From assembly GCA_042091375.1 (NCBI GenBank), contig JBELHO010000003.1, positions 27,659 to 91,658 of the forward strand: a DNA stretch of 64,000 bases, written 5' to 3'. The position numbers and the translations under genes were made by a program. The stretch is from Thalassotalea sp. GTDB lineage: Bacteria > Pseudomonadota > Gammaproteobacteria > Enterobacterales > Alteromonadaceae. Shown piece after piece: positions 29,247-40,264 of the stretch (position 1 is its first letter; every line of letters begins with the position of its first letter). A model generated the notes under the pieces. The model did not search any database and had not been told where the DNA came from. It saw nothing but the letters and a program-made list of their open reading frames with translations.

Positions 29247-30932
29247 TTAGATAGAATACTCGTTTACGGGGAAGTTAATTTCAAAACTAGCCCCCGTATT
29301 AGCTGAATTATCCAAACTAATGGTGCCACCTAAAGCCTGAGTTACAAGGTTATAAACTAAGTGTAAACCCAAACCGCTGCCACCTTCTCCGCGTTTAGTG
29401 GTGGTAAATGGTTCGAAAATTTTATTTTTAATATTATCATCTATGCCATGTCCGTCATCGTCATATATTATATTTAGTTGTTCACCTAATTTCATAATAT
29501 GGATGTTAATGGTGCCGTAGTCTCTGTTTTCAAAACCGTGAATAATTGAATTTAAGATCAAATTAATGAGGATCTGATTGATTGGCCCAGGCTTGCTCAA
29601 GACAATGAGCTGGTCTTCGCAGTTAATTAAAATATTATAAGGCGTGGCTTTTATTTGCGGCGCTAATGTCAATAATACTTCGTGAAGTAATTCAGACATA
29701 TTCACTTCTCTGGTATCTTCATTTGACTGGTCAACGGCAACTTTTTTAAAACTAGAAATTAAGTCTGCGGCTCGGTGTAAATTTCTATATATGATGCCAA
29801 CATTTTCATACCCCTCATTGAGGAAGCGTTTTAATTGACTTGATTTGAGGGTTTTTTCGTCAAAGGCCTTTTTTATTTCTTCGATACGATCAGACAATAA
29901 GGTAGATGCTGTAACCCCCAGACCTATGGGCGTATTCACCTCATGGGCAACGCCTGCGACCATGTCTCCCAGCGAAGCCATTTTTTCACTTTCGACAAGT
30001 TGATCCTGAAATTGGTGCAGTTCCTCTAGTGTTGATAATAGCTCTTGGTTGGACTCTTTTAATGCTTGAGTTCGTTTAGAGACTTTATTTTCTAATTCAG
30101 TCGTGAGTTTTATACTGCCTTGTTCAGCTAAGCTGAGTTTATTAATATGCCTTTCGATTCTATTGAGCAGGTTATTTACATTTCGAGCGAGTAAGTCAAC
30201 CTCTTTATAGGGCATATTACCAAGTCTGATACTGTAATTTTTGTTCTGTGAAACGGTGATCAGACTTTGATTTATTTGGTCTATGGGATCAGTAATAATA
30301 CGTTCTATTTTAAATATGATCAGTATCAGGCTAACCAATAAAATAATACAAAATACAACAAAATAGAGTAACGTTTTATCATTTCCAACAAAGTAGTTTA
30401 TATTTTCAATTTTAATGTGTAGATAGCCAATGTCTTGATTTTTATAGGAAATGGGTGCGATGTATTCGACGTACTTACCGGTATTTACGGGTTTAGCTAG
30501 CGCTTGCCTAGCTTGTTTACTCAAGGTTTTTGCTTGTGCAGTTTGGTTTTCTGCATTGCTTAATTGGTAGTGGTAACGGGCAAACATGGCATACTGCATG
30601 GTTGCTGATTTGTCGTCAGAAAATGTATAAATATCTATTAGCTTAATAATATCAACGGCATCAAAAGTTTGTAGTTTTACATCTAATTGCTCATTGTTAT
30701 TGTTGATAATGTCTTTAATACTTATTTGTGCAATATAATCAGCCCAGTAAGTGACCTCTTGCTGGGCTATTTTATTTTTTTCCTCAAATGCAAGTTTACC
30801 AAGCCAAAATAAGCTGATAGAAATAAAAATAAACAGACCGCCAACGAGCACTAGATAAAGTGTGGTTCGAATTGACTTTGCATCATGGCTGAAATTCATT
30901 GTTATGCATTCTTTATTTTTTATAGCAATCAA
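29247..30932 (-). CDS. Sensor histidine kinase (2 TM, periplasmic sensor domain, HAMP, DHp, HATPase_c; no receiver or Hpt)
   Basis: 561 aa (alternative start ATG 30899). It has an H-box (VAGVAHEVNTPIG), N/G boxes (LINLILNSIIHGF, DDGHGI, GGSGLGLHLV) and TM segments near residues 25-45 and 188-208. Confidence 0.88.
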   Translation of the reverse strand: MIAIKNKECITMNFSHDAKSIRTTLYLVLVGGLFIFISISLFWLGKLAFEEKNKIAQQEVTYWADYIAQISIKDIINNNNEQLDVKLQTFDAVDIIKLIDIYTFSDDKSATMQYAMFARYHYQLSNAENQTAQAKTLSKQARQALAKPVNTGKYVEYIAPISYKNQDIGYLHIKIENINYFVGNDKTLLYFVVFCIILLVSLILIIFKIERIITDPIDQINQSLITVSQNKNYSIRLGNMPYKEVDLLARNVNNLLNRIERHINKLSLAEQGSIKLTTELENKVSKRTQALKESNQELLSTLEELHQFQDQLVESEKMASLGDMVAGVAHEVNTPIGLGVTASTLLSDRIEEIKKAFDEKTLKSSQLKRFLNEGYENVGIIYRNLHRAADLISSFKKVAVDQSNEDTREVNMSELLHEVLLTLAPQIKATPYNILINCEDQLIVLSKPGPINQILINLILNSIIHGFENRDYGTINIHIMKLGEQLNIIYDDDGHGIDDNIKNKIFEPFTTTKRGEGGSGLGLHLVYNLVTQALGGTISLDNSANTGASFEINFPVNEYSI

Positions 30933-31047
30933 CTGATAATTGTAGAAAAGTCCTACAAATGCAACTAAAGATTTTGATTAATGGCGTTTAAATTTTAGCA
31001 GAAGTAATTTTTACACTGTCATTTTGCTAAAGTTATCGTTGCCGATA

Positions 31048-32103
31048 TTAGGCTTTTTTCTTGGCTTGATATACGTTAAAACCAGCTTGCTGAGTTAGTT
31101 GCTGGCTTTCGCCTACTGATTGTTTAATCATATCTTGATAATGTAAGAAGCTGTTGGCCACTATGGTTAGCATGCCACTCGGTGCTAGATAGGGTGATAT
31201 ACCAGATAAAAATTGCTCGGTAGCCCGATAATGGGTCTTCACTCCTTGATGAAAAGGCGGGTTGGATATAATGTGTTGATATTGCTCGCTGATCTCTGAC
31301 AAACTATCAGTCGCAAATACCTGGCCAGTCAGGTGGTTAATTTCAAGTGTTTTCTTAGCTGAGGCTAAGGCCAATGCACTGACATCGGTTAAATGCAATT
31401 CGCTATGTCGACAGGTCAAACCGATAAAGCAAGCGATCACTCCTGCACCACAACCAAAATCCAAGACTTTGCTCGACTCAAATTGGTTTTTTAAGTTTCC
31501 TATTGCGTTCAATAATATTGCTGTGCCTTGATCAAGTTTTGCTTGGCTAAATACCCCTGGTAATGAGGCTACGCTAAACTCGGTATTATCAATGCTGACA
31601 TTATAGTGATGAAACCAGTGCTCTAGTTCAAAGGGAATATCAGACGTGATGAGTTGAGCTTGAAAAAGTAGACAATGTCTAGCTGCATCTAGTTTTTCAC
31701 AATATGAAAAGTTATTCTTGGTGAGCTTACTGAGGGATTTTATACCACTTCTGTTTTCGCCAACAATCAAAATCTGACTATTAACATCAGTGCAATTTGT
31801 CAACATTGCTAAAGTAAATAATAATTCTTGCTTACTTTTAGGGAATTGAATGACAACGAGATCATGAACAGCACTTGATTGATAGCTAGCTGCAAAAAAA
31901 CACTTTAAACGAGTCTGTTTGTTTTTTTGATAATATTGATACTGTTGGTAATTATTACTAAAGAAATATATTTCACTGGTAGGGTTTAAGGCTAATAACT
32001 CACTGTTCAAATCGTCTGCTGGCATATTGATCAACAAGGGTGCTTTGGCTTTAAGCACATCTGAATTTCGCATTAATAGCTGACTAGTATTGGTTAACGA
32101 CAT
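31048..32103 (-). CDS. rsmC: 16S rRNA (guanine1207-N2)-methyltransferase RsmC
   Basis: 351 aa with a two-domain methyltransferase layout, SAM motif VLDFGCGAGVI and catalytic NPPFH. Confidence 0.85.
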   Translation of the reverse strand: MSLTNTSQLLMRNSDVLKAKAPLLINMPADDLNSELLALNPTSEIYFFSNNYQQYQYYQKNKQTRLKCFFAASYQSSAVHDLVVIQFPKSKQELLFTLAMLTNCTDVNSQILIVGENRSGIKSLSKLTKNNFSYCEKLDAARHCLLFQAQLITSDIPFELEHWFHHYNVSIDNTEFSVASLPGVFSQAKLDQGTAILLNAIGNLKNQFESSKVLDFGCGAGVIACFIGLTCRHSELHLTDVSALALASAKKTLEINHLTGQVFATDSLSEISEQYQHIISNPPFHQGVKTHYRATEQFLSGISPYLAPSGMLTIVANSFLHYQDMIKQSVGESQQLTQQAGFNVYQAKKKA

Positions 32104-32347
32104 TTATTTTCCGTGACTAACCTGCCATATTTGGTAGCGAGACCTAGGCAAGTTGATTTGTTAAGAGTGAGTAAGATGGTTATTTTACAAGAATATAATA
32201 GGTTGTGCTACTCAACAGGTTAACAGTAAAACCTCATGCCAAGACTGAATACCCGCTCTCCCTTCAACTGCCTTTGATGGTCCCATTGACTTAGGTTAAT
32301 GCTAGCGTCTATCTATGTTGCTGGTGAGTTTTCAGTTGCAGGATTTT

Positions 32348-32863
32348 TTAAGCCATGTGTTGTTTTAGGTAGTTAAGCAAGTTTCTATTGTATTTACCGA
32401 TTTTTTCAGCTTTGATCTCTTGCTCAGCCTGTCTAACCAGCTGTCGTAATTTTTGCCTTTCCATTGATTCGTATGTTGCCAGTAATGTTTCTACTTGGGT
32501 TGCGCCTTCGGTTATCAATTTATTTTTTAACTGTTCAAGTTTTATAAATTTGCTACTTTCTTGTTGGTGTTTATTCGCCATAACATCCAGTGCTTGATGA
32601 ATATCAGTTAAATCTGTCTCGGATAAGACTTTAGCCATATGTCTAACGTGTCGGCGCAACGCCTCGTGTTTGTTGTGTATTTTATCAGCTAGTACCAAAT
32701 CAGCTTGCAATTGCTCATTGAATGGTATTTTACTGCGTTGATGTTTACTCAGTTTGATCAATTTATTTGCAAAATCTTGCAGTTGTAGCATTTCTCGCTT
32801 TATTTCTGATTTACTTTTTAATTCTTCATCTAATTGATCGATATCGCGTTCAGACTGGGGCAT
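32348..32863 (-). CDS. yjgA: Ribosome-associated protein YjgA/DarP (DUF615)
   Basis: From ATG 32863 the protein reads MPQSERDIDQLDEELKSKSEIKREMLQLQ..., resembling E. coli YjgA (VSKSEIKRDAEELKRLG). It is divergent from pmbA, as in E. coli. Confidence 0.85.
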   Translation of the reverse strand: MPQSERDIDQLDEELKSKSEIKREMLQLQDFANKLIKLSKHQRSKIPFNEQLQADLVLADKIHNKHEALRRHVRHMAKVLSETDLTDIHQALDVMANKHQQESSKFIKLEQLKNKLITEGATQVETLLATYESMERQKLRQLVRQAEQEIKAEKIGKYNRNLLNYLKQHMA

Positions 32864-32983
32864 AATAATGGCATTATTTTCATGTGTATTCAGTAATTGT
32901 AGACTAGTATACAACAAACCATTACAAAGCCATAAGTAATCTAAAACCGATGGCCAGTTAATAAAACAGAATTGGTATTTTCA

Positions 32984-34327
32984 ATGTCAAATAAAAAAAA
33001 TATGACTAAGCAAATTGTGCAAGTAAAAAACCGTGTTACTGAAGTCATCAATTTAGCCAAGGCTTTGGGTGCTGACGATGCAGAAGTTGCCATGAGTCGA
33101 CAACAAGGCCTAAGTGTTAGCACCCGTTTAGGAGAAGTTGAAACAGTTGAGTTTACCAATGATGGCGCTCTGGGGATCACTGTCTATAAGGAAGGGCGCA
33201 AAGGCAGTGCTTCAACGGCAGATTTATCGGAACAAGCATTACAACAAGCCCTCAATGCAGCGATTAATATTGCTAAATACACCTCTGTTGATCCGTATTC
33301 AGGTCTGGCAGACAAATCAATGCTAGCAATGCAACCTGATGATCTCGATCTTTATCATCCGCAAAATTTATCTACCGAACAAGCCATTGCCATGGCAAAA
33401 AATTGTGAAGACACCGCTTTACAGACTGATCCGCGTATTACTAATTCAGATGGGGCAACATTAGCCAGTTTTGAAGGCTTTAAAGTATACGGTAACACCT
33501 CTGGGCAATTGGTTGCCTATCCGAGTACACGCCATAGTTTGAGTTGTGTGATGATCGCTACCGACAAAGACGATATGCAAAGAGATTATGCTTATACCGT
33601 CAATCGAGATTTTAATGACATGACAGCCGCACAGATCATAGGTGAGCAAGCTGCTAATGAAGCAATATCTCGGTTGCATGCACGCAAATTAACTACTAGA
33701 AAAGTGCCGGTAATGTTTCGAGCTGATATTGCTAACACTATTTTTGGCCACTTAATTGCCGCAATAAGTGGTGGAAACTTATATCGTAAATCTTCATTTT
33801 TACTTGATGCGCTGGGTAAGACAATATTTCCCGAGTTTTTAACTATTGATGAACGGCCACATATAAAAAAAGCCTTAGCGAGTAGCGCCTTTGATAGTGA
33901 GGGGGTTGCGACTAAAAATAGAACTATTATTCAATCGGGTTGTTTACAAAATTACTTACTGACCAGTTATTCAGCACGTAAACTGGGTCTGACTTCAACG
34001 GGTCATGCTGGCGGCATTCACAATTGGCTGGTTGGTGCTAATGGTGGTGATTTTCATGACATGCTCAAGCAACTTGGCACTGGACTTTTGGTGACTGAAT
34101 TAATGGGACAGGGAGTGAATATTGTCAATGGCGACTATTCAAGAGGTGCAGCAGGTTTTTGGGTTGAGAATGGACAAATAGCCTATCCGGTAGCAGAGAT
34201 CACCATTGCTGGAAATTTGGCTGAGATGTTCCGTGGTTTAATTGCGGTTGGCAGTGATACCGATATGAAAGGAAGTATACAAACAGGCTCGATAATTATA
34301 AATGAAATGCAGATCGCAGGTAATTAG
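32984..34327 (+). CDS. pmbA: Metalloprotease PmbA (TldE)
   Basis: About 447 aa from ATG 32984 (the track ORF starts at TTG 32972). It shows the PmbA/TldD fold pattern, with a ...GDYSRGAAGFWVENGQIAYPV...ITIAGN C-terminus. Confidence 0.92.
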   Translation: MSNKKNMTKQIVQVKNRVTEVINLAKALGADDAEVAMSRQQGLSVSTRLGEVETVEFTNDGALGITVYKEGRKGSASTADLSEQALQQALNAAINIAKYTSVDPYSGLADKSMLAMQPDDLDLYHPQNLSTEQAIAMAKNCEDTALQTDPRITNSDGATLASFEGFKVYGNTSGQLVAYPSTRHSLSCVMIATDKDDMQRDYAYTVNRDFNDMTAAQIIGEQAANEAISRLHARKLTTRKVPVMFRADIANTIFGHLIAAISGGNLYRKSSFLLDALGKTIFPEFLTIDERPHIKKALASSAFDSEGVATKNRTIIQSGCLQNYLLTSYSARKLGLTSTGHAGGIHNWLVGANGGDFHDMLKQLGTGLLVTELMGQGVNIVNGDYSRGAAGFWVENGQIAYPVAEITIAGNLAEMFRGLIAVGSDTDMKGSIQTGSIIINEMQIAGN

Positions 34328-34371
34328 CACCAGCTTTATTAATGACTGAATAATTGCCGATAACAAAATGG

Positions 34372-35730
34372 TTAACCCAATAAAAGCGTGGCCGTGCCAA
34401 GAAAAGCAAAAATTCCAACTACGTCAGTGATTGTTGTTAAAATCACACTACCGGCTAGAGCCGGATCAATATTAATGCGTTTTAAGAATAGCGGAATAGT
34501 GACACCCGCTAAACCGGCGGCAGTCATGTTCATTAACATGGCAAACGCAATAATAGCGCCAAGCGTGAGGTCCTGCTTCCACAAAGCAATAACAGCGGCA
34601 ATTAACAGTGCCCAAATAATGCCATTAAAGAAACCGACAGCTAATTCTTTGAAAAGAATTAGGCGAGAATTACTTTCACCAATGTGACCCAGAGCCATTC
34701 CTCGAATGACCAAGGTTAAGGTTTGATTACCTGCAACACCTCCCATGCTAGGCACTAGGGTATTAAGTATAGCAAGAATAGCTAGTTGCCCTAAAATATC
34801 TTCAAAAAGACTTGATACAGCTACTGCCATTAAGGCGGTGATCAAGTTCACTCCTAACCACAAAGAGCGTTGCTGAGTACTCTTGATCACGGGTGCAAAA
34901 GTATCGGCTTCATCATCTAAACCAGCCATACTCATCATCGAATGCTCTGCATCTTCTCTAATAATATCGACGACATCATCAATGGTAATACGGCCAAGAA
35001 GACGACCATTGTCATCAATGACAGGGGCAGAAAACCAATCATAACGTTCGAATAATTGCGCTACTTCATTTTCAGGTAGTTCCGCGTGTATTGCTTCTAT
35101 TTGATCATCAATCAAGTGGGAAACTATCATCTCTGGCTTTGCTGTGACTATGCTTGACAATGATACTGAGCCTATGAAGAAGTCTTTTCGATCAACTACA
35201 TAAAAGAAATCAGTGGCTTCAGGTAACTGACCCTTTAAACGCAAGTAGCGAAGCACAACATCAACAGACACATCAGGCCGAATGGTGATAGTATCGGTAT
35301 TCATTATACCACCGGCGGTATCTTCCTCATAAGACAATGCAGTTTCCACCCGGCTGCGATCTTGAGAATCCATTGATTTGAGCACTTGCTGGTAAACACT
35401 ATCAGGGAGGGTTCGCAATACTTCAGCCAAATCATCTACATCCATGCCTTCAACGACAGAGGCTAATTTTTCAGGGCGAATATTTTTTAATATCCCCTTG
35501 CGAACTTCCTCATTGAGTTCTTCTAGCACCTCACCGTGATTGTCAGGATCAATGAGTTGCCATAAAACACTGCGACTTTTGCGAGGAGATGATTCGAGAA
35601 TAAGAGCTAGATCATAGGCAGGCATGTCTTGTAAAAGTTTACGGACATAAACAAACATACCGCTACCAAGTGCTTCATAGACTTGACCTAAGCGTTGTTG
35701 GTTGTGTTCTTGATCTGAAGTGTCCGGCAT
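34372..35730 (-). CDS. mgtE: Magnesium transporter MgtE
   Basis: 452 aa with an N domain, tandem CBS domains and 5 C-terminal TM segments (PSMGGVAGNQTLTLVIRG...DVVGIFAFLG). Confidence 0.93.
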   Translation of the reverse strand: MPDTSDQEHNQQRLGQVYEALGSGMFVYVRKLLQDMPAYDLALILESSPRKSRSVLWQLIDPDNHGEVLEELNEEVRKGILKNIRPEKLASVVEGMDVDDLAEVLRTLPDSVYQQVLKSMDSQDRSRVETALSYEEDTAGGIMNTDTITIRPDVSVDVVLRYLRLKGQLPEATDFFYVVDRKDFFIGSVSLSSIVTAKPEMIVSHLIDDQIEAIHAELPENEVAQLFERYDWFSAPVIDDNGRLLGRITIDDVVDIIREDAEHSMMSMAGLDDEADTFAPVIKSTQQRSLWLGVNLITALMAVAVSSLFEDILGQLAILAILNTLVPSMGGVAGNQTLTLVIRGMALGHIGESNSRLILFKELAVGFFNGIIWALLIAAVIALWKQDLTLGAIIAFAMLMNMTAAGLAGVTIPLFLKRINIDPALAGSVILTTITDVVGIFAFLGTATLLLG

Positions 35731-35947
35731 TTCGTTTGTCCTGTGCCGTTAAAAAACCATGTTGGAAAACAAAATAACTGTTTTTTATCTTGGTACATCA
35801 GATAAAAACTTATCAGTATGCACGCTGACAATTATCTTGCTGTTGTCAGTTGATAATTCTATCTTAAATTTACAGTTTTATCAGCTTTTTTATTGAGTTA
35901 TCTTAGGTTTGTCGAACTAAATAGCGCCTGTACAAAGCACCAAATAA

Positions 35948-36223
35948 TTACTCTCCCTCATCAAACTTATTTCCAAAAAGTTGACAGATAGCTTGTAATG
36001 CTTGCTTGGCATCAATACCCTCAGTTAAGACGGTAACGCTTTTGCCTTGACTGCCAGCTAACAACAACAAACCAATAATACTGCTGGCATCAACTCTTTT
36101 ATCATTGAGTTCTATGGTTATTTTGGCTTTGAACTGTTGACTTAATTGCGCTAATTTTGTCGCCGCTCGTGCGTGTAATCCCAACTTGTTAGAGATCACA
36201 ATGGTGCGTTTAAGTGATGTCAT
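35948..36223 (-). CDS. ptsO: Phosphocarrier protein NPr
   Basis: 91 aa of the HPr family. The active-site His context is NKLGLHARAATKL. It sits in the conserved position after rapZ. Confidence 0.92.
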   Translation of the reverse strand: MTSLKRTIVISNKLGLHARAATKLAQLSQQFKAKITIELNDKRVDASSIIGLLLLAGSQGKSVTVLTEGIDAKQALQAICQLFGNKFDEGE

Positions 36224-36248
36224 TGTTTAAATATCCACTGTATAGACT

Positions 36249-37103
36249 TTATGTACCGGAAATTTCTAAGTCGCGGTGACGGCTTTGAACGTCAGGTCTA
36301 TCTTTACGTAAATTGTTAGCCAAAAATTCAGCGATGTAAACGGAGCGATGCTTGCCGCCAGTACAACCGATGGCAATAGTAATATAATTGCGATTATTGC
36401 GCTCAAGATGAGGTAACCAAGTCATCATAAAGCTATTAATTTGCCAGATGAATTTGGTAATTATTGGCTGGCTAGCAAGAAATTCTTGCACGGGTTTATC
36501 AAGTCCATTGTAGGCTTTTAATTTTTTATCCCAAAATGGATTAGGTAAGAATCTAGCATCGAAAAGATAATCAGCATCCTGTGGCACTCCGTGTTTAAAG
36601 CCGAAAGATTCAAACACAATGATCATCGAACCTGATTTTTTGCCTAGGATCCTTTCTCTTACTGCATCAGCTAATTGGTATGGCGTTAATTGCCCCGTGT
36701 TAATGTACACATCGGCGCGAGAAGCGACTGGATCGAGTAAGGTTTTTTCTAGAGATATCGCCTGATCTAAGGCAATATTTTGTTTTATTAGCGGATGTAG
36801 TCGCCTGGTTTCACTGAAGCGTTTAATTAATTCCTTATCTTCGGCGTCGAGATAAAGAATAGTTAGCTCAACCGAGCTAGGTAAATAATCGAGTATATCG
36901 GTTACATCGTCAGGATCTCTCGGTAAATTTCGCACGTCAATACTTACCGCAGCGGTTTCATAATCATTAATAATTGAGTGGGTAAGTGCGGGTAATAAAT
37001 TTACCGGAATATTATCGACGCAATAGTAGCCAAGATCTTCTAAGACCCGTAAAGCAACACTTTTACCTGATCCAGAGCGACCACTAACAATTGTGAGTTT
37101 CAT
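36249..37103 (-). CDS. rapZ: RNase adapter protein RapZ
   Basis: 284 aa: MKLTIVSGRSGSGKSVALRVLEDLGYYCVDNIP...IGCTGGKHRSV. Confidence 0.95.
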   Translation of the reverse strand: MKLTIVSGRSGSGKSVALRVLEDLGYYCVDNIPVNLLPALTHSIINDYETAAVSIDVRNLPRDPDDVTDILDYLPSSVELTILYLDAEDKELIKRFSETRRLHPLIKQNIALDQAISLEKTLLDPVASRADVYINTGQLTPYQLADAVRERILGKKSGSMIIVFESFGFKHGVPQDADYLFDARFLPNPFWDKKLKAYNGLDKPVQEFLASQPIITKFIWQINSFMMTWLPHLERNNRNYITIAIGCTGGKHRSVYIAEFLANNLRKDRPDVQSRHRDLEISGT

Positions 37104-37161
37104 GTTAAACTCTGTCCTTTTCTACTCGTAGGGATGTTGACTTTAGTCAGCAAACGCAAAG

Positions 37162-37623
37162 TCAACTGGCTCGCTTGACTAATTGATATAATTCCAATGA
37201 AGTTTGACATTTTCTCACCTGTTTGCAAAAAACTTTGTCGCTAAACAGTGCCGCGATGCTCTGCAATGTGTGCAAATGCGCCTGACAATTCTCTTCTGGC
37301 ACAAACAAAGCGATAAAAATATCTACAGGTCGGTTGTCGATAGCATCAAAATTCACTGGGTCTTTGCTGGTGGCAATAACCGCAACTACTCCTGCATTTA
37401 TAGCTAAGCGACCGTGAGGAATAGCAATGCCATTACCAATGCCAGTAGAGCCCATTTTTTCTCTGATCAGTAAGCTGTCAAGCAAAGTATATGTATTAAG
37501 TTGGTCAAATTTTTTTGCTGCCTGTTCACAAATAAGTTCAAGCATTCTTTTTTTACTAGAGGTTTGAACCGCACATAGTGTGCAGTCCAAGCTGATGATA
37601 TCAGATATTTTCATTGTACTCAT
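37162..37623 (-). CDS. ptsN: Nitrogen-PTS enzyme IIA-Ntr
   Basis: 153 aa with the PTS EIIA type-2 active site (GNGIAIPHGR). Confidence 0.92.
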   Translation of the reverse strand: MSTMKISDIISLDCTLCAVQTSSKKRMLELICEQAAKKFDQLNTYTLLDSLLIREKMGSTGIGNGIAIPHGRLAINAGVVAVIATSKDPVNFDAIDNRPVDIFIALFVPEENCQAHLHTLQSIAALFSDKVFCKQVRKCQTSLELYQLVKRAS

Positions 37624-37659
37624 TTTGAACTGTTGGCAAAGGTTTGCAATAAGTGCACA

Positions 37660-37947
37660 TTAATGCTGACTCGTTTTTCCTTTGTATTTTAGTATTTGTC
37701 GATCTAATTTATCGACAAGGCCGTCAATTGATGCATACATGTCGGTATGTTGAGCTTTTGCATGCACTTCAGTACCACGTAAATGCACTGTTGCTTCAGC
37801 AATTTGGTTTAATTTTTCTACTGTTAAAACCGCATGAATATTGTTGATATGTTCAAAATGTCGCTCTAGTTTGGCAAATTTATTGTGTATACATTCACGT
37901 AATGAGTCGGTAATTTCTACATGGTGTCCAGAAAGATTAATTTGCAT
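37660..37947 (-). CDS. hpf: Ribosome hibernation promoting factor (short HPF)
   Basis: 95 aa: MQINLSGHHVEITDSLRECIHNKFAKLERHF... It lies immediately downstream of rpoN. Confidence 0.93.
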   Translation of the reverse strand: MQINLSGHHVEITDSLRECIHNKFAKLERHFEHINNIHAVLTVEKLNQIAEATVHLRGTEVHAKAQHTDMYASIDGLVDKLDRQILKYKGKTSQH

Positions 37948-37974
37948 AAACTTATTTCCTCATTTTTTAATTAG

Positions 37975-39483
37975 TTAAAGTAAACTTTTGCGTTGATTCG
38001 AGGGAGGTATAGCCAATGACTCCCTGTATTTTGCTATTGTTCTTCGCGCGACATTAATGCCTTGCTCTGCTAGAAGTTGCGCCATTTTACTATCACTCAA
38101 TGGTTTTGATGGCATTTCTGCGGCAATCAGTTTTTTTATCAGCGCTCTTATCGCTGTTGATGAACACTCACCTCCATTTTCGGTACTCACGTGACTAGAA
38201 AAGAAAAACTTTAATTCAAAGATCCCTCTAGGCGTGTGCATATATTTTTGTGTCGTAACCCTAGATATCGTTGATTCATGCATATCAACGGCTTCAGCAA
38301 CGTCATTTAATACCATAGGTCGCATCGCTTCGTGGCCGTGCTCAAAAAATCCTTGTTGACGTTGAACTATACAATTTGACACTTTAAGTAAGGTATCATT
38401 TCTACTTTCTAGACTTTTAATAAACCACTTAGCTTCTTGTAAATTTGAGCGAATAAATTGACTATCTGTTGACGATTTCATAGTCTTTGCCATAGAGGCA
38501 TATTGTTGATTAACATTCAGTTTTGGTGAGGTATCAGGGTTGAGCTCAACAACCCAACGGCCATTTTTTTTCTCTACTGAAACGTCTGGGATCACATATT
38601 GATCATCGCCTTTTATGACACTCTCGCCTGGGCGAGGATCAAGTCCTTGGATCAGTCGAATGACTTCGCGAAGTTGATCTTCTTTTAAACGCATTTGTCT
38701 CATGATTTGCCGGTAATCGCGATTGCCAAGTAAGTCAATATGTGAGGCAATAATTTCTCGTGTTTCTTTTAACCAAGGTGTGTTCTCATCGAGTTGATTT
38801 AACTGGATAAGTAAGCACTCAGCAATAGAACGGGCACCAACGCCAACAGGATCAAAAACATTGATGCGTTTTAATACTGCGTCAACTTCTTCAATATCGA
38901 CGTCCTCAACACCTAAGCTTTCCAAAATATCTGCAGTACTTACGGTTAAATAACCTTTGTCATCTATAGCGTCTATGATGGCTGTCGCTATCGCTAGATC
39001 CGTGTCACTAAATGGCGTTAATTCCATCTGCCAGCGCAGGTGATCTTGAATTGAATCTGTTGTTTCCCCTTGATAACTGAACTCATCTGAAGCAGCGCCA
39101 ACTCCGCTTCCAGATACACCTGCACTATAACTGTCATCCCATGTGGTATCGATGTTTAACTCTTCTGGAATATCGGCTTTGTCCATTGCCTCCGATGTGC
39201 TAATTTCGTCAATAGTAGGGGCTGAATCTTCACTGCCATCATTGCTAGTCAGTGAGTTTTGCTCTTCAGTTTTTGAAGTGAAAGCTTCTTCTAAATTATC
39301 GGGTTTTGACTCGGTATCACCCGGTGTTGATTCATCAATTTCAAGCAGTGGATTACTCTCCAATGCTTCTTGTATTTCTTGTTGGAGATCCAAAGTAGAC
39401 AATTGCAACAATTTGATCGCTTGTTGCAATTGAGGTGTCATGGTTAATTGTTGTCCTATTCGGAGCTGCAGAGTAGGGCGCAT
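37975..39483 (-). CDS. rpoN: RNA polymerase sigma-54 factor
   Basis: 502 aa with a Gln/Leu-rich region I ([29 protein letters not shown]), an acidic region II and a C-terminal RpoN box ([12 protein letters not shown]). Confidence 0.97.
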   Translation of the reverse strand: MRPTLQLRIGQQLTMTPQLQQAIKLLQLSTLDLQQEIQEALESNPLLEIDESTPGDTESKPDNLEEAFTSKTEEQNSLTSNDGSEDSAPTIDEISTSEAMDKADIPEELNIDTTWDDSYSAGVSGSGVGAASDEFSYQGETTDSIQDHLRWQMELTPFSDTDLAIATAIIDAIDDKGYLTVSTADILESLGVEDVDIEEVDAVLKRINVFDPVGVGARSIAECLLIQLNQLDENTPWLKETREIIASHIDLLGNRDYRQIMRQMRLKEDQLREVIRLIQGLDPRPGESVIKGDDQYVIPDVSVEKKNGRWVVELNPDTSPKLNVNQQYASMAKTMKSSTDSQFIRSNLQEAKWFIKSLESRNDTLLKVSNCIVQRQQGFFEHGHEAMRPMVLNDVAEAVDMHESTISRVTTQKYMHTPRGIFELKFFFSSHVSTENGGECSSTAIRALIKKLIAAEMPSKPLSDSKMAQLLAEQGINVARRTIAKYRESLAIPPSNQRKSLL

Positions 39484-39532
39484 TTAAGTAACTTTTTTCC
39501 TATTTTTTATTATTATCATTTATTTCCTATCA

Positions 39533-40264
39533 CTATAACGTGAATTGTTCTCCTAGGTATACATCTCTAACTTTCTGGTTAGCAAGAATTTGATCAGAAT
39601 TACCTTCTGCAATTAACTCACCATGACTAACAATATAAGCGTGCTCGCATACATCCAATGTTTCTCGAACATTGTGGTCTGTAATAAGAATACCAATACC
39701 GCGTTGCTTTAAGTGTAGGATAATTTTCTTGATATCGCCTACTGATATCGGATCAACACCAGCAAAAGGTTCATCTAATAAAATAAACTTAGGATCTGCG
39801 GCTAAAGCCCGAGCAATTTCAACGCGTCTTCTTTCACCGCCAGACAGACTCATCCCCGTATTGTCTTTGATATGAGTAATGTTAAACTCTTCCAATAAAT
39901 GTTCTAATTTGCTTTGCCGATCTACATCCGATAATGATTTACGGGTTTGTAATATGGCCATAATGTTATCGTGAACCGTTAATTTTCTAAAAATCGACGC
40001 CTCTTGTGGTAAATATCCTATGCCCTTTCGAGCTCTTTCATGCATAGGTAATAAGGTAATATTTTCCTCATTAAGCACAATAGTACCACCGTCATTATTG
40101 ACTAAACCAACAATCATGTAAAAAGACGTTGTCTTGCCAGCACCATTAGGCCCTAATAAACCAACAACTTGTCCTGATTTGACTTCTAAGCTGACGTCTT
40201 TTACTACTTTTCGTCCTTTATACGCTTTAGCCAAGTTTATTGCTTTGAGAATTTCCACGGGCAT
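39533..40264 (-). CDS. lptB: LPS export ABC transporter ATP-binding protein LptB
   Basis: 243 aa with [24 protein letters not shown] and [11 protein letters not shown]. Confidence 0.96.
   Translation of the reverse strand: MPVEILKAINLAKAYKGRKVVKDVSLEVKSGQVVGLLGPNGAGKTTSFYMIVGLVNNDGGTIVLNEENITLLPMHERARKGIGYLPQEASIFRKLTVHDNIMAILQTRKSLSDVDRQSKLEHLLEEFNITHIKDNTGMSLSGGERRRVEIARALAADPKFILLDEPFAGVDPISVGDIKKIILHLKQRGIGILITDHNVRETLDVCEHAYIVSHGELIAEGNSDQILANQKVRDVYLGEQFTL

Noticed and set aside
32104-32347. The 244-nt rsmC-yjgA spacer, with slightly higher GC, considered as a possible sRNA or riboswitch
   Set aside because: I could find no convincing stem-loops, terminator or recognisable RNA motif by eye. 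Only transcriptomics could revive this.
35731-35947. Possible M-box (Mg2+) riboswitch in the 217-nt region upstream of mgtE
   Set aside because: The region is AT-rich, with only one short inverted repeat (CTGACAA...TTGTCAG). I cannot find the multi-helix GC-containing M-box core. That riboswitch class is mainly found in Firmicutes.
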